A stretch of DNA of 64,000 nt. Source: Octopus sinensis. Lineage: Eukaryota. Positions within the stretch are counted from its first letter, which is position 1, and each line of letters starts with the position of its first letter. The stretch is from positions 1-64,000 of the forward strand of contig NC_043005.1 of NCBI RefSeq assembly GCF_006345805.1, in the 5' to 3' direction. The translations under genes and the position numbers were made by a program. Under the pieces are notes generated by a model that saw only the letters and a list, made by a program, of their open reading frames with translations, searched no databases and was not told where the DNA came from. Below, piece after piece: positions 40,201 through 53,224 of the stretch.

Positions 40201-40900
40201 GTGATGCCTTCACCTTGTTACATAATGTATTCAGTGATAGATCCTACAGGTCGAATTCATCCTTCCATTAAATCTGTCCCGAACAGATTCATTGTATTCT
40301 TAGATACCATTAGTTTACATTTCCGCGTCCTATTTTTAAGTTTTATTTCTGGTGAAATTTCGCTCAAGAATTGAACTCGTTCCGCTGACACACCGTAGAG
40401 TATCCTAGTAGTTTTTTTATACAACGATCTGCCTATCTTACTCCATGTTGCCGTATTTATTATCGATGCGTCTGAACCGGTATCTAATTGCATTTTGGTC
40501 TGAAACCCATTTATTTCTACCAACACAAATTTTCGGTTTTGTCTGGTATAATTTGCTTTTGTTGAGTAGACTTTCTTCTGTTTTACCATTTTCTTTGACC
40601 GGCATTTCGTCTGTATATGTCCAATTTTACCACACTTAAAATAGGTTTTATCTTTTAAGGGGCAATCTTTCCTCAAGTGGCGATCTCCGCAATCATACCA
40701 CCGTTTTGAATTAAAATTTTTCCTTCTTTCTGTACTTTCTTTACACATTTGTACATTATTATTCCTGTCTTCTATCTTTCTTGTATCATCTCGAAGGTTT
40801 AATATTTGTTGGCATTCCTCAACCACTTTCTGCAAAGTGAGTTTCACATCTTGATTCATCTGTGTGGTTACTCTTCTCTGTCCCAAATCACTATGTCAGT
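37300..40900 (-). mobile_element. Ty3/Gypsy retrotransposon (K02A2.6/Mag-like), frameshifted, 5' LTR absent; 3' LTR 37300-37460
   Basis: Gag Cys-His knuckles, protease LDTGSD, RT EWAAP/KLDLSEAYLQ/LPFGVK, RNase H DA..YGVGAV/TDHRPL, integrase DFAGP/VVDSYSKWPEV/DNGTQF; PPT AAAAGAGGGAGG then a TG...CA LTR of 161 bp. Confidence 0.9.
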
Positions 40901-40919
40901 TCTATTATGTTTATTGAGG

Positions 40920-42270
40920 TTTTCACTGGGATATCCCACCAGTGTTCCTTTTTATTATGAGTGGCTATGGCTTTTACCATACTGTGTGTTCTTATTCATT
41001 TGACCTCAGAACTATCCTTTCGAGTGATCTCCTTATGCAGTGTCCTGGCTGCAACATTGTCTCATCGGTACATAATACCATGATGACATTTTCGGACAAC
41101 TGCTTATGAAGAGAAGAGAATAGGAAACTGTTAATGAATCATTGTTAGGAAAGTATCAAAAGTATCTCAGGCAGCCAAGAACCCTGGTGACAAAGTAAAA
41201 CTACAAAATGACGTGTGTGCAATATAAAAATGGGTTGATGAAAATAACATGCAGTTCAATGCTGATAAGTTTCAAGCACTCCACCATCGGCCCACAAACA
41301 GACAACTATAGAAATACATACGAATAGAGGCTAGAGCAATCCCAGAATTAGAATTGGGGTGTGACCTGGGAATGCACATGAGTAGTGATGCAACATTCCA
41401 TGTGTATATTACCAGGATGGCAAAACTGTGCAGGCGAGTAACTGGACGGGTCCTTAGATCATTCAAAACCACAAATGAAGATACCTAGCTACTCCTATGG
41501 AGGACATTTGCCCTCAGTCTTCTGGATTACTGCCCATCCCCCACTGTGGTCACTGCAGAGCATAATATATTAGTGACGGAACTTGAAGCAATCCAGCACC
41601 ACTACACAAAGAACATTGACTCGTGAAGCAGATGAGCTGCTACTGGGAAAGGCTACAAGAAGGGAAACTGGAGAGAAGGCGAGGAAGGTATGCAGTGATA
41701 TGGAAGATCCTGGAAGGTCTAGCTTCCAACTATTAAATACTATACCTATTTCTTTACTACCCACAAGGGGCTAAAGACAGAGAGGACAAACAAGGAGAGA
41801 CAAACGGATTAAGTCGATTATATCGACTTCAGTGCGTAACTGGTACTTAATTTATCGACCGCGAAAGGATGAAAGGCAAAGTCAACCTCGGCTGAATTTG
41901 AACTCAGAACGTAACGGCAGACGAAATACCGCTAAGCATTTCGCCCGGCGTGCTAACGGTTCTGCCAGCTCGCCGCCTTATCTATTAAATACTATACCAA
42001 CCACCGAAATAGACGGCATTGCTTAGTACCAAAGATACCGTTTTCTTCATCTCAGATAAGGACTCAGTATTGCAACAGCTTAGGCTGTTTAACACCTTCC
42101 CAAGGAACCTTAGAGATCTGCAAGGGTTAGATGTGAAAACGTTCAGAAAGCACCTGAACAAATTTCTATCTGAACCCCCAGATGAGCCCACATGGTGACA
42201 GGAGGCACAAAGAAGAGCAGCTTCGTCCAACTCGCTTCTTCACCAAAAATAGTACCAAAAGGAGACCCCA
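40920..42270 (+). mobile_element. Decayed CR1/L2-like LINE (RT C-terminal part), split by a SINE
   Basis: LQND...I..W.DENNMQFNADKFQ; DLG.HMSSDATF..YI; LRSFKT; SLLDYC. Confidence 0.75.
41747..41981 (-). mobile_element. Full-length family B SINE with a 17-bp target-site duplication
   Basis: CTATTAAATACTATACC at 41730-41746 and 41982-41998 flanks the complete SINE. Confidence 0.93.
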
Positions 42271-42705
42271 AAACATTGAATGGCGGTGCTCCAGCATGGT
42301 TCCAGCTTCTGGCTGAAACCAGTAAAAGAATAAAAGTGATACAGAGAATATTGATGTACAGTATTGAGAGTGACACTGTCGTTTGACGTTTAAAGATGTT
42401 TCATAGCATTAGCTAATATGTAGGTGAGGATTAAGAATGCTGAGAGCAACAAATATTTAGTGAATAAACACTTAAGCTTTAATCCATTCAATGAGGTGAT
42501 GGTAGCACAAGCTTACATTGTTTCAACAGATCTACCGAAATAGTGATAAATATGGAAAATCTCTGCTCTGACAGTTAGGTATCAACTGGCTTGTTGAGGT
42601 TGTTGAGACTGAGAATTTTAAACAAAACCGAAAGACTCTCAACCTAAAATATACGCAAAAGCAATTGTTAAACAAAACTAATAAAATTATTCTAGAAACA
42701 CTTAC

Positions 42706-42801
42706 AGGATTTCCTTGTCTTTTGTCTTGCTGCAGTTGTATTGCAATTGGTGTCAAATCGTCGTTTGAATCCAGCATAAATAATGCAATGGGAGCACACA
42801 T
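42706..42801 (-). CDS. Lipoxygenase exon d
   Basis: tttcag|ATG...CCT|gtaagt; MCAPIALFMLDSNDDLTPIAIQLQQDKRQGNP (LOX AP.ALF...L.PIAIQL motif); phases 0 to 0. Confidence 0.95.
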
Positions 42802-43074
42802 CTGAAATATATATACATGCATATACATACATATGCATACATAACCAGAAAGCAGAAAGCTGATTCGAAGACTACAGATCCAATCCATCACTGGAACTGT
42901 AAACATCTGTAAAACTTTCAAGAAGTTTATCATTTAAATATATATGAGCATATATATGCATGAGAATACGTACATAAAACTATATGCATGAGAATACGTA
43001 CATAAAACAAAATACACAGATCTTCACATGTACATACAAACAAAAATACCCAGTTGATGGGTAAATACCCACCA

Positions 43075-43310
43075 TTTGTCCGTGGCCGTTTGCCAGCCCC
43101 GTCTGGGCCCTGTGCAGGTGGCACGTAAAAAGCACCCACTACACTCACGGAGTGGTTGGCGTTAGGAAGGGCATCCAGCCGTAGAAACACTGCCAGATCA
43201 GACTGGGCCTGATGCAGCCTTCTGGCTTCCCAGACCCCAGTTGAACCGTCCAACCCATGCTAGCATGGGAAGCGGACGCTAAATGATGATGATGATGATG
43301 ATGATGATGA
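43075..43310 (+). mobile_element. RTE-type 3' tail fragment (or RTE-tailed SINE)
   Basis: Near-identical to 50860-51115 and ends in aaa(t/c)gatgatgat. Confidence 0.82.
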
Positions 43311-43430
43311 TATTGAAATTCCAATGAAGGTGTCTTGGATCTGGGTTAGAAACCAGCTCTTTCTCTATTGCCAAGAAATCTTGAAATATTATCTACATAC
43401 ACACACTCACACACACACACATGTTAATGT

Positions 43431-43795
43431 TTTTACTTGTTTTAGTCATTAGACTGCGGCCATGCTGGGGCACCACATTGAAGAATTTTTAGTCGAATGA
43501 ATCGACACCAGAACTTGTTTTAAAGCCTGGTATTTATTCTATCAGTCAGTTTTACTTAACCGCTAAGTTACAGGGATACAAACACACCAACATCGATTTT
43601 CAAGCAGTTGCGGGGGACAAACACAGTCACAAAGACACACACACACACATGCATATAAGACGAGCTTCTTTCAGTTTCCATCTCTCATCTCCGCACAGAA
43701 AACTCTGGTTGGCCAGAGGCTATAATAGAAGACACTTGCCCAAGGTGCCATGGCGCCACACTGTAGGACTGAACCTAGAGCCATCTGACTAGGAA
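43431..43795 (-). mobile_element. Family A SINE, diverged
   Basis: Similarity to 30911-31311. Confidence 0.8.
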
Positions 43796-44282
43796 CGACT
43801 ACTACTGTTATGCTTGGCACTCCACGTAGATTACCATAATCCACTTTACTTCCTGTATAGTCATTAAGTAACTTCTATACCGGGTACTATTACTAGTTAT
43901 GACCTACAGGGCAAATGTAGATGAAATAAGGATAAACACAAGTTTATATTAGGGTTCCTCTTCGCGTTTGACCATTATGGTTGATTGAAACCCAGAAGTA
44001 AATGTTCCAAATGCTTTTTAAATGACCAGCCACAACAAATTACCAGGGACCGTTTTACTGTTTTTAGTTAGAGATAACTATGTGAAAAGTTGGAAAGATG
44101 ACGAGGCATTTTATACTCGTTTTGGAATACAATGGGATGAGAAGGAAGTGTACAAGGTACAGCAGAAAATGGGTGAGAGATAGAAAAAATAACTAGAGTA
44201 ATAAAAAGAGAAAAAAGAAAAGAAAGGAAAAACAGAAGGAAATAAAGAAAGAAGTAAAGAGGAAATTAGGAAGAGATAAAAA

Positions 44283-44331
<49 letters not shown>

Positions 44332-45040
44332 TAAGAAGAGAATGATTTGCACAGTTGAAGCAGAAATGAATAAAATATAAGGTATATAATATGTATAAAA
44401 AACGAAAACATAAAATATAAATTTACGGAGATGTACTTGCATAGCAAGTGACCTGATCTGAGAGTGTGTGCTGAAATAAAAATAATTGCAGAGTGGAAGG
44501 CGTTTATGAGCCATTTAAAAACACACAAAAACCGTTAGATTCACTTCAACATTTAAATTTAATTTGTCAAAATATTTTTGTCGCTTTGAGACCGCGTCCT
44601 ATTCACTGACAAAATCCCGTGATGCAGCACGAAAATATTTTGACAAATTAAATTTAAATATTGAAGTGAATCCAACGAATTTTGTGTGTTTTTTAATGGC
44701 TTATAAACACCTCCCACACTGTAATTGATTAAATATATTAAATAAATTAATGGAGAAATAGATAAAGATAGTTAAGAGAGAAAGGAGACAGAGACGAATG
44801 TATAGTGAAGGGGAGGGCAGGCGAAAGATGGGGTAGAGGGGAGTGAAAGATAAATGAAAGGGAGTCAACTATCTGTGAGTCATTAGTACTTAGGCTGAGG
44901 ATGAATAGAAACATGAATCCACAAACGATAAGAATTCAAAGGCTATTTTTAGAACGATGCATATTTTTTCATAGCTGGGTAGATATATTATGTGCATGTA
45001 TGCTTGTGTGCATATGCATCTTTGTATCTAAGTGTATGTG

Positions 45041-45047
<7 letters not shown>

Positions 45048-45136
<89 letters not shown>
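45048..45136. repeat. (TG)n/(CA)n microsatellite abutting the donor of LOX exon c
   Basis: Read directly. Confidence 0.95.
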
Positions 45137-45137
<1 letters not shown>

Positions 45138-45142
45138 CTTAC

Positions 45143-45275
45143 ATCATATTCTTTTCTGTGTATAACACCATCCAAAATTTCTAAATCTGTGTAAAACAGA
45201 CGTTTCTTTTTGATCAATCCTTCCAGTGTTTCTCCTTTCAGAACTGGTTCCATCATCGCTTCATCCACACCAAGT
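45143..45275 (-). CDS. Lipoxygenase exon c
   Basis: ctcgtag|A...GAT|gtaagt; LGVDEAMMEPVLKGETLEGLIKKKRLFYTDLEILDGVIHRKEYD; phases 2 to 0. Confidence 0.92.
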
Positions 45276-45844
45276 CTACGAGAAAAAGTTTAAAAGCACT
45301 CAAAACGATCAGTGGTAATCAATGGTCGTCTACATTAGAAAAAAACTATTGAGTTGGGTTGATAGATTTTAGATAAATTCATTTGTTTTAGAGAGAAGGA
45401 ATATGTTTTAGATATTAAGGGAACAAATTATTTTATTCATTTAGAAGTAGAAAGAAAACTTAATTAGATCAGCATTCATTCACATTCACTGACCACTAAT
45501 GATCAGATGAATATCATACCATATAAAGTAAATGGACATATTTAAAAGAAATCAAAAGAAAGGAGAAATATCGTTTCAATTTGAGTAATGAGACCAGCCC
45601 ATAGCAATACAGTTTTATAATTTTTTTGAACATTACAAGTTTGTATTAACTGAGACGAGTAAATTGAAATTCTAATGATTTTGTCCCAATTCACAAGAAA
45701 AGAAAAGGAAAAGAAAAAATCTAAAACTTTGAGGTTTTGGGCAAATTTGTCAAAATCTAACTAATGTAAAATGTAACTAAAATTAACTTTACTGCACTTT
45801 TAACTCTGTGATTTCTAATTAAAACCTTTATTTGGAAAATACTT

Positions 45845-46790
45845 GAATACTTTTCTAAACGACTGTTAATTTGCTTCCGCGATTCAATAACCTGCAATTA
45901 GAGGTAAGAATATGGAATATTTCTTCCAAGCAGAGATCACATTTCGAATTCCCAACATTAAACGGCGGAGTGCTATTAATATTTGTCCACTTAATATCAT
46001 ATATATCACCCCTATTCTTTAAAATCCAGATGAATCCACTCAAACTTAAAATTCATTTTCCCCCCATTTTTGAACGAAGAAAGGTGGTTGCGTAAACTTT
46101 GTTTAAAATAAGCAGAACAAGAACATATGTAATAATCAGAAGTGCCATCAGTTGTTACTATACATCTAAAAACTAAGCATTTTTATGAGACATTGCCTTC
46201 AAGTGGACATACTAATTTGTTCTTATAGTTACGATAATGCTTATTAGTACTAACTTATGCTTGCTACCGGTAGAAATATCATGTACCCCATCTATAATGT
46301 TACGTATCACTTTATGGTTATTATCAGTTTCGCTATAGATTGAAGTAGATGTATCATTGCATTTCCTTACTCAGCTCATTTAATTCAGATGAGTGTAGTT
46401 TGGGCTCAGCTGCCTCCTTTATACTATCTTCTGTAGTTCTTTAGTGTTTTCGCTACTACTGCTAACTAAATAGTTCATTATCCCACAAGAATCATTCATA
46501 TTATGTTCCACCTTATCCGTATAGTTATTATTATTACTAGTTATATTACTAATATTTATATTGGTTTTATTATTTGTGCTTACTAGGTTCCTATTAGTTA
46601 ATTCTCTAACTCTAAAAATTGTACGCTACAATAATTTGGGCTAGGTTCGTACTTGTATTAAAAGCAAATCTAATCGTGTGCCGATTGAAAATTTGACTCT
46701 ATTTGTTAGATGGTGGAAACTTAATGCAGCGAAAAATTTTGCAGGTATATTTGCGACTATCTGAGTTCCGAAGACTGCATTATAATATAA
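45845..46790 (-). mobile_element. Old Penelope-like remnant (GIY-YIG C-terminus)
   Basis: FIWILK...YDIKW......FNVGNSKCDLCLEE..HIL....LLNR and FPPSNK..QIFNRHTI. Confidence 0.65.
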
Positions 46791-47801
46791 TATATGTGTC
46801 TAGATCTAGCTTTTCTTTTAGTGGGTAGGGGTCACTGTTTTTGTTAACAACTTCATTTTTATATCTGTTGTATGTTTTTTAAAATAAATCTATTACTACA
46901 TTTAGTACGGGATTTACTTAAAATAACATCGTTATCCATTATTCTTATTATTGTGGTGTTTGGCACGATGACTGGACATTTCATTATCTTTGTAGAGCTT
47001 TTTGTTTTATGCTCACTTATTTACTTATATCTGCTGGGTTCATAATATTAACCTTATTCAAATTTTATTAAGTCATTCTATGTTTAAGTGATATTAGAAC
47101 TATAGCCACAGCGTATTTCAAAGCAATCTTTGTTGGCATGTACCCTGAGATTCTTATGATCCCTCACCTAGAATATACTTTAAGAAGGACTTCCAAAAAC
47201 TTGAATCCTCAGTTCGCTTCATCCAGCCAAACTGAACAAAGCTGCATAGGAATGTCTGCCTCCGATGAATGTGTAACGCAAGTGAATCAACTGAATGCTC
47301 ATAAATGCCAGATCAAGGGATACTAGGACAGTTATCCAGCAGAAACACGTGTCGGATTGGTATTTGCTGAGAATAACACTTGAATAAATAGATTTTGAAG
47401 ATGTATAATTCTCCATTCTTCTTTATGATGTCTTCTTGATTCTACATGTGTGTATACAGAACGGGTCTCCAAGCAGTTCGTGCCTATTAAATTCCACTTA
47501 GAGAACTACGTTAAGTGACACATGCTCTAGAACCACGCGATTGCCGCTGCCAGTTCTAATAAACCCACTTTTTCTGCTTCTTTACATACTAAAAAAAATT
47601 ACAAGAAAAGTCTAGGTTTTTCCTGTATTAGAAAATCTGTTTATGGATAAAAAAAACAAACAAACAAACAAAAGAACTGAAAGGGAAATTAATATTAAAA
47701 CTGTTTTAATATCTGTGGACTCAGTAATGCCTAGCGAGTCCCAGATATTTAAATTATTGTTTAAATATATAATTGTTCTAAATAAGGATCTGCTGACTTA
47801 C

Positions 47802-47902
47802 TTTGAAGGGATTTCTTCACACAATCTTATTAATTTGGGGTTACAACGATTAAGACGTTGATATCCAAACCACGTGTCTTCCTTCCAATGTTTAAGAGAA
47901 TC
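47802..47902 (-). CDS. Lipoxygenase exon b
   Basis: catacag|GAT...AA|gtaagt; [33 protein letters not shown](K), matching the LOX W..D..FGYQ.LNG.NP motif; phases 0 to 2. Confidence 0.93.
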
Positions 47903-47984
47903 CTGTATGTATGACAAAGACAACAAAACTAAACATTGATTTCTAATATAGAAACAAGATTTCCAGTTTTATTTGTAATTGGGA

Positions 47985-48185
47985 GAAGGTTACATGCTGG
48001 CAGGATCGTTAGGGTAGCACACCGGACAAAATGCTTAGTGGCATTTACTCCGGCTTTACATTCGGAGGTCATCTTTTTGTGGTCGATAGAGTAAGTTCCA
48101 GTCACTCACTGGAGTCGATGAAATCGACTATCTCCCTCCCCACAACATTTCAAGACTTGTGCCTATCGTAAAGAGGATTTGTAGT
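47985..48185 (+). mobile_element. Diverged family B SINE
   Basis: ctggcaggatcgttag...aaaatgcttagtggcattt...gtggtcgatagagtaagt. Confidence 0.65.
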
Positions 48186-48562
48186 AGGAAAGGTATAGTT
48201 AAGACCCACTACCAATACATAATTTGCATTTCATTATCGACCCCCAAAGAATCGAAAGCAATCGTGACTTTGGTAGTAATCGGAACGAGACCATAAATAA
48301 GTCTTATGAAATACCATAACGAATTTTTGTACGACGCACCAGAAATTACTGTCTATCGACTTAACTTTTGTTTGTCCTTGTAAACCAGAACTCACTGTTC
48401 TGAAGCAAAAAAATGTAACTAAACTTACATTAGAGAATTTAGTACTAGAAACAAGATACTTGAGGGAAAATGTGCTTCCCCGCCTCCTCCTATGCCTTCC
48501 TTAGATATATATATATGTATATAAATAAATATATATATATATAAATAAATATATATAAATAT

Positions 48563-48595
<33 letters not shown>

Positions 48596-48615
48596 GATAA
48601 TATATATATATATAT

Positions 48616-51115
48616 GAATGTTGACCCTACAGAGGGACCAGCTATCCGAGTTGATAGTTCCGTGGTAGCTAAGGCAATTAGAAGCATGAAGACAGGGAAA
48701 GCCCCAGGCCCATCAGGAATTACTGCAGAGATGCTCAAAATATCTGGCAGTGTCGGCTATAACCTAGTCACCCGTATAGTCAACCAGGTGATACACGAAG
48801 GAGTCATACCCAATGACTGGTGCAGCAGCATACTAGTCAACTGCTACAAAGGTAAAGGTGATGCCCTAGATACAAATAATTACAGAGGTATCAAGCTGTT
48901 GGATCAAGTAATGAAGGTTACGGAGAGGGTCATAGCCCAACTAATTAGAGAGAAAGTTAGTTTAGATGAGATGCAGTTTGGGTTCGTGCCAGGGAAAAGT
49001 ACCACTGATGCTATATTCCTGGTAAGGCAGCTGCAGGAGAAATACCTAGCCAAAGATAAGCCCCTGTACCTGGCTTTCGTTGACATGGAGAAAGCTTTTG
49101 ATAGGGTCCCCCGATCCCTTATCTGGTGGTCAATGAGGAAACTAGGGATAGATGAATGGCTGGTGAGGACTGTGCAAGCCATGTACAGAGATGCCGTAAG
49201 TAAGGTTAGGGTTGGCAACATGTACACAGAAGAATTCAAAGTAGAGGTTGGGGTCCACCAGGGTTCAGTACTCAGCCCCCTCCTATTTATCATAGTACTC
49301 CAGGCAATTACGGAGGAATTCAAGACAGGCTGTCCCTGGGAGCTCCTCTACGCTGACGACCTTGCTCTTATTGCTGAGTCACTATCAGAACTGGAGGAGA
49401 AGTTCCAGGTGTGGAAGGAGGGTTTAGAATCAAGGGGCCTTAGAGTCAACCTAGCTAAAACCAAAGTACTAATAAGTAGAAAGGTAGACAATCCACAAAT
49501 ATCTTCAGGAAGATGGCCCTGCTCGATCTGTAGAAAAGGTGTAGGTAGAAACTCTATAAGATGTACCCAGTGTAAGCTATGGACACATAAGAGGTGCAGC
49601 AATGTCAAAGGTAGGCTAACTGGGAAGATAGTTTTTGTATGTGGCAGATGCTCGGGAGCATTAACCTCCGAAAATCTGCAGAAAACAACTTCCGTCACTT
49701 TCCAGGGGGAAAAACTAGAAGTAGTTGATAGCTTCCGTTATCTAGGTGACCAAGTCAGTAGTGGGGGTGGGTGCGCTGAAAGTGTAACTGCTAGAATAAG
49801 AATAGCCTGGGCAAAGTTTAGGGAGCTCTTACCTCTGCTGGTGACTAAAGGCCTCTCGCTCAGAGTAAAAGGCAGACTGTATGATGCGTGTGTACGAACA
49901 GCCATGCTACATGGCAGCGAAACATGGGCCGTGACTGCTGAGGACATGCGTAAGCTCGTGAGGAATGAAGCCAGTATGCTCCGATGGATGTGTAATGTCA
50001 GTGTACATACTCGACAGAGCGTTAGCACCTTGAGAGAAATGTTGTACCTAAGAAGCATCAGTTGTGGTGTGCAAGAGAGACGATTGCGCTGGTATGGTCA
50101 TGTGGCGAGAATGGATGAAGATAGGTGTGTGAGAAAGTGCCAATCCCTAGCAGTTGAGGGAACCCGTGGGAGAGGTAGACCCAGGAAAACCTGGGACGAG
50201 GTGGTGAAGCACGACCTTCGAACTTTAGGCCTCACTGAGGAAATGACCAGAGACCGAGACCTTTGGAATATTCTGTACGTGAGAAGACCAGGCAGGACAA
50301 GTGAGCCCAGCCCACTTATGAATGCCTTTCCTCCCTTGGACACAAAGACCGGCTGAGGCAAGCGAAGTCGATATAGAACCTCATCCGACGACAGACACCC
50401 ATGCCAACCCCCCATGCTTGCGAAGACATGTTGGGGCAAGCGAAATCGAAATCGAAACCGAATTGAACCAGCCAGGATCCCTGGCCTGGTGGTACGTAAA
50501 AAGCACTATCCGACTCATGGCCGTGGCACGTAAAATACTCCAATGCGACCGTACGACAGGCACCCATGCCAACCTCCTTTGCTTGTGAAGACATGTTGGG
50601 GCAAGCGAAATCGAAATCGAATTGAACCAGCCAGGATCCCTGGTCTGGTGGTACGTAAAAAGCACTATCCGACTCGTGGCCGTGGCACGTAAAATACTCC
50701 AATGCGACCGTACGACAGGCACCCTGCCAACCCCCTTTGCTTGTGAAGACATGTTGGGGCAAGCGAAATCGAAATCGAATTGAACCAGCCAGGATCCCTG
50801 GTCTGGTGGTACGTAAAATGCACTATCCAACTCGTGGCCGATGCCAGCACCGCCCGTCTGGCTTCCGTGCCGGTGGCACATAAAATACACCAATCTGACC
50901 GTGGCCGTTGCCAGCCCCGCCTGGCACCTGTGCAGGTGGCACGTAAAAAGCACCCACTACACTCACGGAGTGGTTGGCGTTAGGAAGGGCATCCAGCTGT
51001 AGAAACATTGCCAAATTAGACTGGACCCTGGTGCAGCCTTCTGGCTTCCCAGAACCCCGGTCGAACCGTCCAACCCATGCTAGCATGGAGAACGGACGTT
51101 AAACGACGATGATGA
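48616..51115 (+). mobile_element. Young 5'-truncated RTE LINE with an uninterrupted 580-aa RT ORF (48614-50356)
   Basis: NYRGIKLL, QFGF.PGKSTTDAIF, AFVDMEKAFDRV, GVHQGSVLSPLLF, LLYADDL, FRYLG, RGRPRKTW; 3' tail ends aaacgacgatgatgat; flanked on both sides by TA/TAAA microsatellite. Confidence 0.95.
50400..50840 (+). repeat. About 160-bp tandem repeat (about 2.7 units) in the RTE 3' UTR
   Basis: GAAGACATGTTGGGGCAAGCG recurs at 50422, 50587 and 50745. Confidence 0.9.
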
Positions 51116-51220
51116 TATATAAATAAATATATATATATAAATAAATACATATATATAATATATATATATATAAATAAATATATATATATATATAAATAAT
51201 ATATATATATAAATAAATAT

Positions 51221-51265
<45 letters not shown>

Positions 51266-51416
51266 TATATATATATAAATAAATATATAAATAAATATAT
51301 ATATAAATAAATATATATAAATAAATATATATATAAATAAATATATATATATAAATAAATATATATATGTATATGTATGTATATATATATATATACGTGT
51401 GTGTGTGTGTGTGTGT

Positions 51417-52401
51417 AAATAATAGTAATGGCATTTTTATATAAGCTTAAAGCTCATGGCGATCATCGTGCAATGACTAAGGAAAATAGTCCAATAAAGT
51501 GGCGTATAAGCCCTCGACAGAATAAAGAAGGCTTTCCAATCGGTGTCATCGCACGGTAAACGTTAAGCTTATATAAGAATACCATCATTATTATTATTTA
51601 AAGGATTGTAAACTCGGCGCCGTATATAAAAAAACATTCGCACCGAAAGCATATATATATATATCTGATGAAATCCGTTGCTTCGTACAACCAAATTTCC
51701 TTTAAAAAAAAAACTGATTGGTCAATTCTAGACAATTAAAATCACATACTCCGGCTGCCGTGCTGTAAGATTGAATTAGGTTCAGCCTGATAGAAAAGGA
51801 AGTCTCCTTGCTACACAACTCTACCTTCAGTTTATCATTTATATTCTGACCCTTAAAATGTACTATTTGGGTTAGATATAAATATTGTTATTGAAATGTA
51901 TTGTTTGTTTTCAGATTCATTTCAACTCTGATAGAGCAAACGTTTTGATCGAAAGCATTCCAGCCTTGTTCAGGTTGTCTTTTCTTCAGATTTAGTGCGT
52001 TTAAGTATGTATTAAACCCAATTTTTTAAGACGGTACGCATGACGCATGGAAGATTTAGCTATTACTTTTAATAGATCAAGCAACTGTATACAGCATTTG
52101 TTCTTTTAGTTGATCCATCGTCCTCTAATCAACAATCACCCTCCTAACCAGGCTACCGTCTGCGGCCTTACCCTCATTTTCGTTATAGGTATACATAATC
52201 ACGTGATCTCGAGTGCTGTATATCTGAAATGAAATTGGATGGTGGGAATGTCTTTGATCATAGGTTTAGTCTGTTGGGTAGATCTATAGCAACTGATAAC
52301 TTTAGCCTATTTTGAATTTCATGAGTTTCATATATAATTAGCCCTTGTTGTTATTTAGTTCTATACTAATCGCCATTGAGCAAACAGAGTATCAGAAGCG
52401 T

Positions 52402-52444
<43 letters not shown>

Positions 52445-52675
52445 TTTCGGTGCGAATGTTGTTTTTTATACGCCGCCGAGTTTACAATCCTTTAAATAAT
52501 AATAATGATGGTATTCTTATATAAGCTTAACGCTTACCGTGCGATGACACGATTGGAAAGCCTTCTTTATTCTGTCGAGGGCTTATACGCCACTTTATTG
52601 GACTATTTTCCTTAGTCATTGCACGATGATCGCCATGAGCTTTAAGCTTATATAAAAATGCCATTACTATTATTT
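51417..52675. repeat. Inverted repeat pair, about 234-bp arms (51417-51650 and 52443-52675), about 790-bp spacer
   Basis: Arms are reverse complements with only a few differences. Confidence 0.92.
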
Positions 52676-52769
52676 ACACACACACACGCACACACACACA
52701 TAAATATATATATACATACATACATATATATAAGGAAGGAAGGCATAGGAGGAGGCGGGGAATCATGAC

Positions 52770-53195
52770 CTTCGAACCTTGAGCCTCACAGCACAGAGGC
52801 AATGACAAGAGACCGAGACCTTTGGAGAGATGCTGTGATTGTTGGACAGCATGCCATGCTTGAAAAGATGAGTCAAGTAAAATCAAAATCAAAATCAAAA
52901 TGGAAATTGTACTTGTGGCTGATGTCAGCTCCACCTGACTGGCACCCGTGCTAGTGGCACCTAATAAGCACCATTCAAGCGTAGCCTGTGCTGCCTGACT
53001 GGCTCCTGTGCCGGAGGAATGTAAAATTACCCTCTACATTCTCGGAGTGGTTGGCGTTAGGAAGGGCATCCAGCTGTAGAAACCTTGCCATATCAGATTG
53101 GAGCCTGGTGCAGCTACCTGGCTTGCCAGTCCCCAATCAAACCGTCCAACCCATGCCAGCATGGAAAACGGACGTTAAACGATGATGGTGATGAT
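52770..53195 (+). mobile_element. RTE LINE extreme 3' fragment
   Basis: catgaccttcgaacct...gaccgagacctttgg and the tail ...ggacgttaaacgatgatg match 50210-51115. Confidence 0.8.
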
Positions 53196-53224
53196 CATGA
53201 TATATATATATATATATATATATA

